A stretch of DNA of 64,000 nt. Origin: Oligoflexales bacterium (GTDB lineage Bacteria; Bdellovibrionota_B; Oligoflexia; Oligoflexales; RGVZ01). Below are positions 47,735 to 56,350 of this stretch, piece by piece. A program made the position numbers and the translations under genes. Numbering within the stretch: position 1 is the first letter of the stretch; each line of letters begins with the position of its first letter. The DNA lies in assembly GCA_947479535.1 (NCBI GenBank), contig CANJZQ010000004.1:14179-78178 (forward strand), given 5' to 3'. The notes below the pieces were generated by a model, which saw only the letters and a list, made by a program, of their open reading frames with translations, made no database searches and was not told where the DNA came from.

Positions 47735-49393
47735 ATGAAACACATTGCCCCTCATATTAGCCGCAAATTGATCCTCGCAGGATTCTGCGTCACGGCAATT
47801 TTAAATTTCCCTTTGGGTGGACAAGCCATCGCTGCTCCTGATCCAACGGTAGCGCTGCAGAATGCACTGCAGCGCGGAGACTGCGCCTTTGCCATCTCAC
47901 AGGCCAGGCAAATCCTTTCGCAATATCCGTTTGGTAGCGCAGAGGCTGCTCAGGCTAACCTCACCCTGGGAACTTGCCTGCTGCGTGCAAAACGCTGGTC
48001 GGCAGCCCAGCGTGCTTTGCGTCTGGCAAGGCCACTTTCTGGACGTGCGGTCCAGACCCGGCGACGCCTGGAAAAATTCGCGGCGGATCGTGAGCAGGAG
48101 GAAAATCGATCCTTTGGCTCAGGGACGACCAACTCGCTCTGGAGCCCCGTTGCGGCTCAGCCATATTGGCAAGCCCCCGCACCCGTGGTGATGCCGGTCG
48201 AGCCTGGCTACGGTAAGGGCAAGGTTCCCCAAAGTCCGCGTCCTTCTCCCGTCAAGCCCGCCAAGCCCGCCAAGCCCGAAGAAAAGCTCCGCGGCTTTTC
48301 GATCACGCCGGCTGCGACTTACAAACGCATCGATTCCTATAAAAGCTTCAGCGGCTTGTCGGAAGTTGGAGACAACGCGACGACCACGGAATCCAAGGTC
48401 ACGGCACAGGCGCGGTCAGAGTCCCCGATGGCTTACGCCGGCGGGGATGCGCTGGCACTGTCCCTTCCATTGGAACTCAATTACGCACAAAATTCGGGAA
48501 ACAATGAAATCATCAGTTTCTCCAGGGCATCGGATACTGCCACCACGGTTAGCGGAAATGTGAAGGACAAGGGGACTAATTCCAAGGTTTTTACCACAAA
48601 AGCCACACCGGCAGTCACGGTGCCACTTGGCAAGGACATAGAATTCGAGGGATCGTTCCTCTATACGTTGGATCTACCCGATTTTAAGACTGACAAAAAA
48701 AAATCAAGCCGGGTTCCCAAAGGAACGCTCGAGTTGGAGGCAGGAGCTTGGAAAGCATCAGGTGCAGCCTCCTATGAGGAGAAGCTTGATAGCTCCGATG
48801 CCCGAACCCAAGGTTCTTCAATTTTCTCCGGCAAATTGTCATACGCCGCCGGGGTTCAAACATGGACCCTCGACGCAAAGCGCACAGATACTGCTGTCCC
48901 GGTAACCCTCCGGGACGAAAGCGTAGCTGCTGCAAATACCAGTGCTTCTCTTACGGCGAAAATCGGCGGTGAATCGGCCGAATACAAGTTGATCGGATCC
49001 TACGTTGCCTACGAGAGGTTCCCCGGTGTTATCTTAAAGGCCGCAGGGACCACGATGAAAATCTCTGGAGACGTGGATGTCCCCTTCGGTGTTTTTTCCC
49101 TTGGTGGAAATTTTTCGTACGGGTCGCTGTCCGATTATGTTTCCAGCATTACGATCAAGGATGAAAGCGGCGGGGACGTGACCTATCAGCTTGCAGCGAA
49201 TGGAACCCAAACTCAGTTCGGCGGAAAGTTTAAGGTCACGGCATTCAAGTGGCTGGCCTTGTCCATGGCGTATACCTATACGACGACGGATTACACGACC
49301 AACAACCCGCTACTGCAAAAGGAATTTTTGAAAAAAAACGAGAGCATGGCCACGAGCACCACAGTCAGCGCGGCGCTGTCCCGGGAATTTTGA
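47735..49393 (+). CDS. Secreted TPR-like plus beta-barrel-like protein ending in Phe
   Basis: Signal peptide LILAGFCVTAILNFPLGGQAIA, a TPR-like helix pair and a PAKPAKPE linker. Followed by a Ser/Thr/Gly-rich strand pattern and a C-terminal SREF. Confidence 0.55.
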   Translation: MKHIAPHISRKLILAGFCVTAILNFPLGGQAIAAPDPTVALQNALQRGDCAFAISQARQILSQYPFGSAEAAQANLTLGTCLLRAKRWSAAQRALRLARPLSGRAVQTRRRLEKFAADREQEENRSFGSGTTNSLWSPVAAQPYWQAPAPVVMPVEPGYGKGKVPQSPRPSPVKPAKPAKPEEKLRGFSITPAATYKRIDSYKSFSGLSEVGDNATTTESKVTAQARSESPMAYAGGDALALSLPLELNYAQNSGNNEIISFSRASDTATTVSGNVKDKGTNSKVFTTKATPAVTVPLGKDIEFEGSFLYTLDLPDFKTDKKKSSRVPKGTLELEAGAWKASGAASYEEKLDSSDARTQGSSIFSGKLSYAAGVQTWTLDAKRTDTAVPVTLRDESVAAANTSASLTAKIGGESAEYKLIGSYVAYERFPGVILKAAGTTMKISGDVDVPFGVFSLGGNFSYGSLSDYVSSITIKDESGGDVTYQLAANGTQTQFGGKFKVTAFKWLALSMAYTYTTTDYTTNNPLLQKEFLKKNESMATSTTVSAALSREF

Positions 49394-49395
49394 CT

Positions 49396-49608
49396 TCAGG
49401 TAAAGGCCGGGCCAGATTCGGGACGGATTTTCTCGAGTTGCATTCTGGTTTGTTCCAGGCGTTCTTTCATGGCCTTGATCACTTCGTAGCCACGCTGAAC
49501 TTTGGTCGTGACTTCATCTAGATCCTGTTTGTTCTGTCCAAGATCGCGCACGATGGCTTCGACTTCGTCCAACATTTCGCGGTAACGGGTTGATTCCTTG
49601 ATTTCCAT
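49396..49608 (-). CDS. xseB: Exodeoxyribonuclease VII small subunit
   Basis: A 70-aa helical protein with an XseB-like pattern (LDEVEAIVRDL ... LDEVTTKVQRGYEVIK), lying 35 nt downstream of xseA. Confidence 0.8.
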   Translation of the reverse strand: MEIKESTRYREMLDEVEAIVRDLGQNKQDLDEVTTKVQRGYEVIKAMKERLEQTRMQLEKIRPESGPAFT

Positions 49609-49643
49609 TATCTTTCGCCGCCTGTTTTTTAAATCAAATCGAA

Positions 49644-51185
49644 TTAAATTCCGTCAATCGATTCAACGATCAATTGCACTGGCCCGTCTTTTAAACGCGC
49701 ATGAACGTGCATTCCTTTGCGTAACTTGGTGACACTGTCGATGGTTTCCCCGTTGACACTGAGTCGTGTCCAGCCGCGCTCCAGCCAGGGTTTCGGATCC
49801 AAGGCTGCCAATCGCATTTCCAGAGATGAAAGTTCTGATCCATGGCCTGAAATCACACGCATGGCCGCCGTTTGAAGGCGCCCCGCGAGGACTTCGAACC
49901 ATTGCATTTGAACTTCTGCCATTCGGTCTATGGCATTTCTCAGTCCAGTTCCTGCCGTATCAATCCGGTTGCGTGCCGCGGCAAAACAATCCACCAGGAA
50001 TTGCGCAGCAGCCGTTGGTGTCTTCTGACGCAAGTGGCAGATTTCTTCCGCGATGCAAGTGTCGTCGTGATGACCAATGGCTGCGATCACTGGCATGGGA
50101 CATCCCGCAATGGCATAAGCAACCTCGGGCGCATCGAACCATCTGAGGTCTGCTGCGCTGCCTCCGCCCCTGGTGATGACAAGGACATCGCATCCCAATT
50201 CTGCCAGGTGACGGATCGCGGCCGGCACCTCAACAGGAACCTTGTCGCCTTGGGTCGCGGCATGCATAAAACTAACTTTTCCAGGAAAAAGTCCTGATTC
50301 CATCTGATGCAGGAAGTCGCTCTCGGCCCGGCTGCCCTCTGAGCTGACCAGTCCAACGTGAAAGGGAAACAGTGGCATCTGAAGTTGCTTGTTGATCCGG
50401 TCAAGGCCTTTTGACCGGAGTTCCTTCAGCAGTGTTTCCCGTGCGAGGGCCAAGGCACCGCGCGTGAACAGGGGGTCAATATTTTCAATGGTGAGGGAGA
50501 GCTGGGCGCGGTCGCGATAGAATCCGACACGGCACAGGCATCGGACTTTCATCCCGTCCTGCATAATTTGGCGCAAGGTTTCCTCGCCATGCATTTGTGC
50601 CATGTATTCGAGGCCGTTGGGCCAGATGGTTGCCTTTACGCTGATCGATCCTGTTGAATTTTCGCGGCTACCTTGTTCTTTTGTTTCAGCAAGGTTCAGG
50701 AAAATTCCCTGCGGACGAATTGCGAGATTTTCAATTTCTCCAATGACCCAGACTGGACCGGGAAAGCCGGTGGCAATGCTCTGGGCAACAGCCGTGACCA
50801 ATTCCCGAACTGGAATTCCTGCATCGTTTTTTGCTGGTTCACCGCCGGGCCGGTTCGGTGACGTGGCGGGTTTGGTGGCAGCCACTGGTGCGGTAGCCCC
50901 GCCGGTGAGCCCTTGCACTTTTTCAAGGGCTTCTTGGCTGAGCGGAATCTGCCAGGTTTTAAAAACCTTGTCGAAGCGACCGCCTAGAGCCTTGATCGTG
51001 TCGCGATGGCGATAGGTGTCGCCATAAACGATGATCAATTCTTCGCGAACAGTGAAGTGGAGTCCCATGACAAGACGGTTAGCATGATGACGTGCCTTCG
51101 TCAGCTTTTTATGTCGGCCTCTACTTGATAAAGATCGTGCAGTTTTTGGCAATGAAATCGATATGAAGGACTGTTTTTTTGCCAT
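49644..51185 (-). CDS. xseA: Exodeoxyribonuclease VII large subunit with a ~120-aa N-terminal extension
   Basis: The OB-fold start VWVIGEIENL occurs near residue 150, followed by an XseA catalytic-region pattern (ITRGGGSAADL). An alternative start at ATG 51068 avoids the 65-nt overlap with the upstream kinase gene. Confidence 0.8.
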   Translation of the reverse strand: MAKKQSFISISLPKTARSLSSRGRHKKLTKARHHANRLVMGLHFTVREELIIVYGDTYRHRDTIKALGGRFDKVFKTWQIPLSQEALEKVQGLTGGATAPVAATKPATSPNRPGGEPAKNDAGIPVRELVTAVAQSIATGFPGPVWVIGEIENLAIRPQGIFLNLAETKEQGSRENSTGSISVKATIWPNGLEYMAQMHGEETLRQIMQDGMKVRCLCRVGFYRDRAQLSLTIENIDPLFTRGALALARETLLKELRSKGLDRINKQLQMPLFPFHVGLVSSEGSRAESDFLHQMESGLFPGKVSFMHAATQGDKVPVEVPAAIRHLAELGCDVLVITRGGGSAADLRWFDAPEVAYAIAGCPMPVIAAIGHHDDTCIAEEICHLRQKTPTAAAQFLVDCFAAARNRIDTAGTGLRNAIDRMAEVQMQWFEVLAGRLQTAAMRVISGHGSELSSLEMRLAALDPKPWLERGWTRLSVNGETIDSVTKLRKGMHVHARLKDGPVQLIVESIDGI

Positions 51186-52884
51186 CCGGCAGCCTGGCCG
51201 GTGTGAACCTGCAGGCCACGTCCCTGCGGCCTCCGTCTTCCGCGACAGAGGCAGTCACCCGGTACTCCTGCCCAGCCTGAAGGTCAGGGATTGGTTGGGG
51301 TTTGCCTTCGCCATTCGGATTGGTTTCTAGCCGGGCGACGTAGAATCCGTCGTTGAGATTGACCACCACAGTGGGACTGGTCGCCCAGTTGGCCGACACC
51401 GCAACATTGGCAAACTCACCCTTTGGTCGAAGATTGAAGGTGACTTCTTCCAGGTAGGAGCCTGGCTTGATGTTGACTTGGGCCTGGTCAGAAAAATACC
51501 CCTCACGACGTGCCGTCAGAACATGCCGGCCAGGGGATAATCGCAGTCCCACGGGTATTTTTTTGTAGCTGCCATTGAATGCGGGCTTGCCGTTGACGGC
51601 GATTTGGACGGAATGGGTGTTGCCCTTCCCAAACAGTTGAATTGGCGGTTTTGCGGTCAATGGAACCTGCATTTTTCCAAGCATGACAATCCCGCAGATC
51701 CCACCCAAGACGACCATCGCGTAAAGCCAGCTTGGACTTGTCCATGTTCCTGACGAGACTTTTCCCCATGCAATCGATTTGGGGCCAGTCTTTGCGGATG
51801 AGAAGTGCGATGGGCGCGGCGTATTGCTGCGCGGTCCGGCAGTCACGGGAAACATGGATTGCCCGGAATTTTTATCCGGACTGTTTGTTGGTGCGGGACT
51901 TTCATTGATGGACGGAACTGGTTGCGAAAGGAGGGTGCGAATGTCGTTCGCAGTCTCTGCCTTTCGCTGTGGCAGCGCACCAGCAAGAAAGCGCGACAAG
52001 TCCTCTGATGTAAAATCTGGATGACGCTGGCCCAGGTAACGACGCAACTCGCGTTCAAATTCATTCCCCGTTTCGTAGCGACGGTTCGGGTCTTTTTGCA
52101 GCGCGCGCATCACAATGGCTTCAAGTCCTGGGTCCACGGCCGGGTTTAGGACGCGCAGCGTTGGCGGAATCCGGCATTCATGCACGTGCCGGATGGTTTC
52201 CACATCCGTGTCCATATTGAACAACCGGTGCATCGTCAGGGTCTCCCACAAAACGATTCCAAGGGAGAAAACGTCCGACCTTCCGTCGATGTTTTTTGCC
52301 GCGACCTGTTCTGGACTCATGTAAGAATATTTGCCTTTGACGACCCCGGGCCTTGTCTCCGTGACGCGGCCTCCTCCTTCGGCAATACCGAAATCGGTGA
52401 CTTTCACCTCACCCGAAAAGCTGAGAAGTATGTTTTGAGGCGAAATGTCGCGATGGACAATATTCATCTGCGAACCGGTCATTTCGTTGTTTTTACTGTG
52501 GGCGTAGTGCAATCCCTTTGCGGCTTCCGACGCGACATAGACTGCCATGGGTACGGTGAGCCGCATTTTTTTCAGGGAGCACTGGTGCAGAAGGGCCCGC
52601 AGGTCTGTCCCCTCCACAAATTCCATGATCATGCCCCAGGTGGGCCCAAACGCCTGGAAGCCTTCGACGCGGACGATGTTTGCATGACGCAGGCTCTTGC
52701 AAATTTCCGCCTCGTCGCGGAACATTTGGACGTATTCGGCATCTTCGGCGTAGTGGGGCAGGATCCGCTTTACCGCGCAAATACGCTGAAAGCCGTCGCC
52801 TCCGATTTGACGGGCCAGCCATATCTCGGCCATTCCGCCACGGGCGATCTTTTTCTCAAGGTAGTATCGGTTGCTTCCTGACAT
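51121..52884 (-). CDS. Hanks-type Ser/Thr protein kinase with TM segment and C-terminal PEGA domain
   Basis: Kinase motifs ARGGMAEIW, AVKR, HRDISPQN, DFGIAEG and YMSPE. Has a TM segment WLYAMVVLGGICGIVML and a PEGA-like SVQIAVNGKP...LTARREGYFS. Confidence 0.9.
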   Translation of the reverse strand: MSGSNRYYLEKKIARGGMAEIWLARQIGGDGFQRICAVKRILPHYAEDAEYVQMFRDEAEICKSLRHANIVRVEGFQAFGPTWGMIMEFVEGTDLRALLHQCSLKKMRLTVPMAVYVASEAAKGLHYAHSKNNEMTGSQMNIVHRDISPQNILLSFSGEVKVTDFGIAEGGGRVTETRPGVVKGKYSYMSPEQVAAKNIDGRSDVFSLGIVLWETLTMHRLFNMDTDVETIRHVHECRIPPTLRVLNPAVDPGLEAIVMRALQKDPNRRYETGNEFERELRRYLGQRHPDFTSEDLSRFLAGALPQRKAETANDIRTLLSQPVPSINESPAPTNSPDKNSGQSMFPVTAGPRSNTPRPSHFSSAKTGPKSIAWGKVSSGTWTSPSWLYAMVVLGGICGIVMLGKMQVPLTAKPPIQLFGKGNTHSVQIAVNGKPAFNGSYKKIPVGLRLSPGRHVLTARREGYFSDQAQVNIKPGSYLEEVTFNLRPKGEFANVAVSANWATSPTVVVNLNDGFYVARLETNPNGEGKPQPIPDLQAGQEYRVTASVAEDGGRRDVACRFTPARLPDGKKTVLHIDFIAKNCTIFIK

Positions 52885-53116
52885 GGGGTTTTTATCGGAG
52901 CAACCGGGAGGGATTTGTAGGCAGATTTCGGGGGGTTGGGTGAAAGCTCGTCTGCGGAGGCCCTTTGATGGGCTTTTTTAGTGGTGTATCTCCATGAAAA
53001 GATTAGAGTAAAAGGATCTGTTTTGGGGTGGCTCAAGGGGCCGTCAGCGCACGGCAATTCGGAACAATATTGGTGCAGTGCGCGCCATGCGGGACATTTT
53101 GAATGGGCAGGGTTTG

Positions 53117-53812
53117 ATGCGGCAGGGGTTTTTCATCACCGTTGAAGGGGGCGAGGGGGTTGGCAAGACCACTTTCGTGAAGTCCTTCTGTGACGCCCTT
53201 TCGAAATCCCTCGATCCAACGGGCACAGCCGTGGTGCAGACCCGCGAACCCGGCGGAACACCAGTTGCGAACAGCATCCGCGCCATTTTTGCCAATCCGC
53301 CTCCGGGCGAGACTTTAATTCCGGAAACCGAAGCCATGCTGGTCATGGCTGCCCGGGCACAACATGTGGCCCATTTGATCAGGCCGGCGCTGGAGCGCGG
53401 AGCGGTCGTAATTTGTGACCGTTACGTCGATTCCACCATGGTTTATCAGGGTGCTGTTGGCGGGCTGGACCGCGTCTGGCTGGAATCATCCAATCGTTTT
53501 GCGACGAAGGGTCTTGTTCCTGACCTGACGTTCTTGCTGGATTGCCCCGTGGAAATTTCCAGCCAGCGCAGTGAAGTCCGTTCCCGTGTCGGTCAGGCCG
53601 AAGATGGGGCCCAACGGTACGACGCTGGTTCCAAAGATCAGCATGAGACGATCCGCGCGGGGTTTCTTGATTGCGCCCGCCGCGCTCCGGCGCGTTTTGT
53701 TGTCCTCGATGCGACAAAAAATCCGGACGCTTTGACGGCAGATGCCTTGGCTGCTTTACGCCTGAGGGCCCCTGGGATTACGCCTGGAACACTGGGGGGC
53801 AGACCAACGTGA
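53117..53812 (+). CDS. tmk: Thymidylate kinase
   Basis: P-loop FFITVEGGEGVGKTT and the DRY motif region CDRYVDST. Confidence 0.85.
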   Translation: MRQGFFITVEGGEGVGKTTFVKSFCDALSKSLDPTGTAVVQTREPGGTPVANSIRAIFANPPPGETLIPETEAMLVMAARAQHVAHLIRPALERGAVVICDRYVDSTMVYQGAVGGLDRVWLESSNRFATKGLVPDLTFLLDCPVEISSQRSEVRSRVGQAEDGAQRYDAGSKDQHETIRAGFLDCARRAPARFVVLDATKNPDALTADALAALRLRAPGITPGTLGGRPT

Positions 53813-54666
53813 TCAATCCCTTGCTCCAATCGCTGATGGAATTGTCGCGCAGTGATCGCATGCCGCAATCCTTGCTGCTCTATGGGCCTGCTCCAGCTGC
53901 AGTTGAATCATGTGCACGTGATTTTCTCATGAATTTGTTTTGCCAATCCCCTGCTTCAGGGCCGGACACCAGCGGTCCTTGCGGTGGTTGCTGTGAATGC
54001 CGTTCTTTTCAAATCGGTGAACACCCCGAAGTTTTTAGCCTCGGCGCTGCGGTCGAAGACGGGCAACCATCGACCGAGTCCATCAAAATCGAACAGGTTC
54101 GTCATGCGATCGAGCACGTGGGATGGCATTCTGCCGTTCGGGCGGATGGACGCAAGGCGTGGCGTGTGGTTTGGCTGCGCCAGGCTGAGAATTTGACCGA
54201 GCAGGCGGCAAATGCGCTTTTGAAGACTGTGGAGGAACCACCAGAGGGTGCGCTCATTCTGATCACTTCGCGACACCCGCGGAATCTTTTGCCAACCCTG
54301 CGTTCGCGTTTGCTCGCGTTGCGTATTCCCGGACGAGAACCAGTGGCCGATTTGCCCCCTGCAATGCGCGCTGCAATCGCTGAACTCCTCCGGTCACCGC
54401 TGGCTGCCGCCAGCCTTGCACCGGCCGAGCAGATTGCCCGTCAGGGTCGTATGAAAGCCGGTGAATTTGCCGCCGGCACGGAACTCATGCTGAATGAATT
54501 GTATCGGGAATCTTTTGCCAGTGGGCGGACTGCTTTACTGGTGGAAAAATTAAGTTCCCGACGGATCACTTTAAGCCGGTTGCATCAGTTGGCGCGCCGG
54601 CAACGAATTGCACTGAACACACAGCTTGCAGCCGAGATGATCGGCGCGGCGCCCGGGCGCTTTTGA
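53809..54666 (+). CDS. holB: DNA polymerase III delta-prime subunit
   Basis: The GTG start overlaps the tmk stop (GTGA). Contains a degenerate AAA+ box (LLLYGPAPA), a Cys cluster CGGCCECRSF and SRC-like TLRSRL. Shows the canonical tmk-holB order. Confidence 0.75.
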   Translation: MINPLLQSLMELSRSDRMPQSLLLYGPAPAAVESCARDFLMNLFCQSPASGPDTSGPCGGCCECRSFQIGEHPEVFSLGAAVEDGQPSTESIKIEQVRHAIEHVGWHSAVRADGRKAWRVVWLRQAENLTEQAANALLKTVEEPPEGALILITSRHPRNLLPTLRSRLLALRIPGREPVADLPPAMRAAIAELLRSPLAAASLAPAEQIARQGRMKAGEFAAGTELMLNELYRESFASGRTALLVEKLSSRRITLSRLHQLARRQRIALNTQLAAEMIGAAPGRF

Positions 54667-54701
54667 AAGCGCGGGTTTTATTTTTGATTGGGGAATGATC
54701 C

Positions 54702-55955
54702 ATGGACTCCGTCAACGTTGTTGGCGTTCAATTCAGGCGCGCGGGAAAGATCTACCATTTTACCCCGGGTGATTATGATGTTCGCATCGGTGATCCTGTT
54801 GTGGTGGATACGGACCGCGGTCCGAGCCTTGCTGAAGTTACCGTCTTGAAGCTCCTCGCCCGGTCTGAACTTGGCGATCAGGAACTCAAGCCAATCATTC
54901 GCAAGGCGTCGGCCAAGGACCTTGAAATCCCAAGCAAGCAATCGCCAGAGTTTGTCGAAAATTTTTCTCGTGAGGCCCTGAAGCGGCACGAGTTGAATCT
55001 TCGCATCCTGAAGGCTGAGGTCCAATTGGGCGGCAACAAGATCATCGTTTACTTCTCGGCCCCCGGCCGGGTTGATTTTCGTGAGTTGGTTAAAGACTTG
55101 GCAACGGGGCTCTTCGCCCGTGTTGAATTGAAGCAGGTTGGTGCCCGTGATGAAGCCAAACTTGTTGGCGGCATCGGTATTTGCGGACGCGAGTTCTGCT
55201 GTTCAAGTTTTCTGCGTGAATTTGTGCCTGTCTCGATCAAGATGGCAAAAAATCAGAATCTGGCCTTGAATCCAACCAAGGTGTCAGGTGGTTGTGGACG
55301 CTTGCTTTGCTGTCTGACGTACGAGAACGACACCTATACCGAAATGCGCCGCATCATGCCCGGCAAGGGCGCCAAGGTTCGTGTGATTGAAGACGGTGTG
55401 CTCGCGACGGTGATCAAATCCGACCTTATCAATCAAAGGGTCATGATCATCAGCGACGATGAGGCTGGTAACATCCAGACCCTTCCCATCGCGCAGCTCG
55501 AGATTCTGGACAAGGGACCGAGGCCGCAGTCTGACCAAGGTGCCCGTGGCGATCGCGCTGGGCGTGGAGACCGCAGTGAACGCGGAAGTCGCGGCGACAC
55601 CAGCCGGGGCGGCAGGCCTGCTCAGGCGAAGGAAATGCCTGTTTCTGATACGGCCAACGAATCAGATGATGAACAGCATGTGGATGAGGATCTTTCTGAG
55701 GCGGAAATCTGGTCAGAAGACATCCACCTGGAAGACTTCGGATTTGAAGGCCAAGAAAAAGAAAAAGAAAAAGACAAAGCTAAAGCCGGGTCACAAGCCA
55801 CGACGGAAGCTCAGTCTGGATCCGGAACGCCAGGCGGCCAGCCACAAGGCGGCGAAGGTCGCGGAAGGCGCCGTGGGCGTCGCGGTCGCGGCGGACGTGG
55901 TGGCGGTAGTGGTGGTAGTGGTGGTAGCGGCGGCGGAACACCCCCGTCATCCTGA
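54702..55955 (+). CDS. PSP1/RicT(YaaT)-like protein with an Arg/Gly-rich disordered C-terminal tail
   Basis: The PSP1 C-terminal domain carries a Cys-rich segment (GICGREFCCSSFL ... GGCGRLLCCLTYE). Shows the canonical position after holB. The tail contains RGDRAGRGDRSERGSRGD and GRGRRRGRRGRGGRGGGSGGSGGSGGG. Confidence 0.8.
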   Translation: MDSVNVVGVQFRRAGKIYHFTPGDYDVRIGDPVVVDTDRGPSLAEVTVLKLLARSELGDQELKPIIRKASAKDLEIPSKQSPEFVENFSREALKRHELNLRILKAEVQLGGNKIIVYFSAPGRVDFRELVKDLATGLFARVELKQVGARDEAKLVGGIGICGREFCCSSFLREFVPVSIKMAKNQNLALNPTKVSGGCGRLLCCLTYENDTYTEMRRIMPGKGAKVRVIEDGVLATVIKSDLINQRVMIISDDEAGNIQTLPIAQLEILDKGPRPQSDQGARGDRAGRGDRSERGSRGDTSRGGRPAQAKEMPVSDTANESDDEQHVDEDLSEAEIWSEDIHLEDFGFEGQEKEKEKDKAKAGSQATTEAQSGSGTPGGQPQGGEGRGRRRGRRGRGGRGGGSGGSGGSGGGTPPSS

Positions 55956-56050
55956 GGTGCCTCGTCATCCTGAGGTGCCTCGTCATCCTGAGGTGCCTCG
56001 TCATCCTGAGGTGCCTCGTCATCCTGAGCGAATGCGAAGGATCCTTTCTT
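55945..56050. repeat. 18-bp tandem array (4 full units, cgtcatcctgaggtgcct) ending in a hairpin-type unit cgtcatcctgagcgaatgcgaaggatcctttctt
   Basis: Direct reading of the sequence. The array begins inside the last codons of the PSP1 gene, and each unit carries an in-frame TGA. Confidence 0.9.
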
Positions 56051-56058
56051 AGCCCCAG

Positions 56059-56217
56059 CAGGCGAAGGATCCATCGGGCCGGCGCTCGCCGATGGTGCCC
56101 CCCGCAGTCGCGGCATGAGCGCAGTTTGGCCTCTTTTTTACTCAGACTTTGGTGTGGCGCCATGCCGGCTCTGCGGGGCCTCCCATCGTTGGCTGCCCCA
56201 ATGGATCCTTCGCCTGG
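56059..56217. repeat. 16-bp perfect inverted repeat pair (caggcgaaggatccat / atggatccttcgcctg) flanking 127 bp
   Basis: The arms lie at 56059-56074 and 56202-56217 and share the gaaggatcc core of the neighbouring repeat family. Confidence 0.8.
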
Positions 56218-56257
56218 ACCAACACTGAGCCTTCGAACGCCAGAACGGCGGACAGCG

Positions 56258-56273
56258 ACTTTCCGCGGAAAGT
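56258..56273. promoter_or_regulatory. Perfect palindrome actttccgcggaaagt, copy 1
   Basis: A 16-nt perfect palindrome. An 18-nt string cgactttccgcggaaagt recurs 182 bp downstream. Confidence 0.4.
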
Positions 56274-56288
56274 GCGCACGCTTCTGAG

Positions 56289-56346
56289 CCGCCTCGTCAT
56301 CCTGAGCCGCCTCGTCATCCTGAGCGTTAGCGAAGGATCCTTTCTT
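56289..56346. repeat. Two 18-bp tandem units (ccgcctcgtcatcctgag) followed by the unit cgtcatcctgagcgttagcgaaggatcctttctt
   Basis: Direct reading of the sequence. Belongs to the same repeat family as 55945-56050. Confidence 0.85.
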
Positions 56347-56350
56347 AACA

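Noticed and set aside
52958-52979. Small hairpin plus T-run (aggccc tttgat gggctttttt) in the kinase-tmk intergenic region, considered as an orphan terminator or sRNA 3' end
   Set aside because: The stem is only about 4-6 bp including a wobble pair, and no upstream plus-strand gene or promoter is evident. It is too weak to call without transcript data.
55459-56163. ORFs with striking peptide repeats: PRHPEV x5 on the plus strand (55459-56052), and LRMTRH and DDEAPQ repeats on the minus strand (55780-56163, 55811-56116)
   Set aside because: These are translations of the 18-bp tandem DNA repeat. Upstream they run out of frame across the well-supported PSP1 gene. They have no independent start context or recognisable domain.
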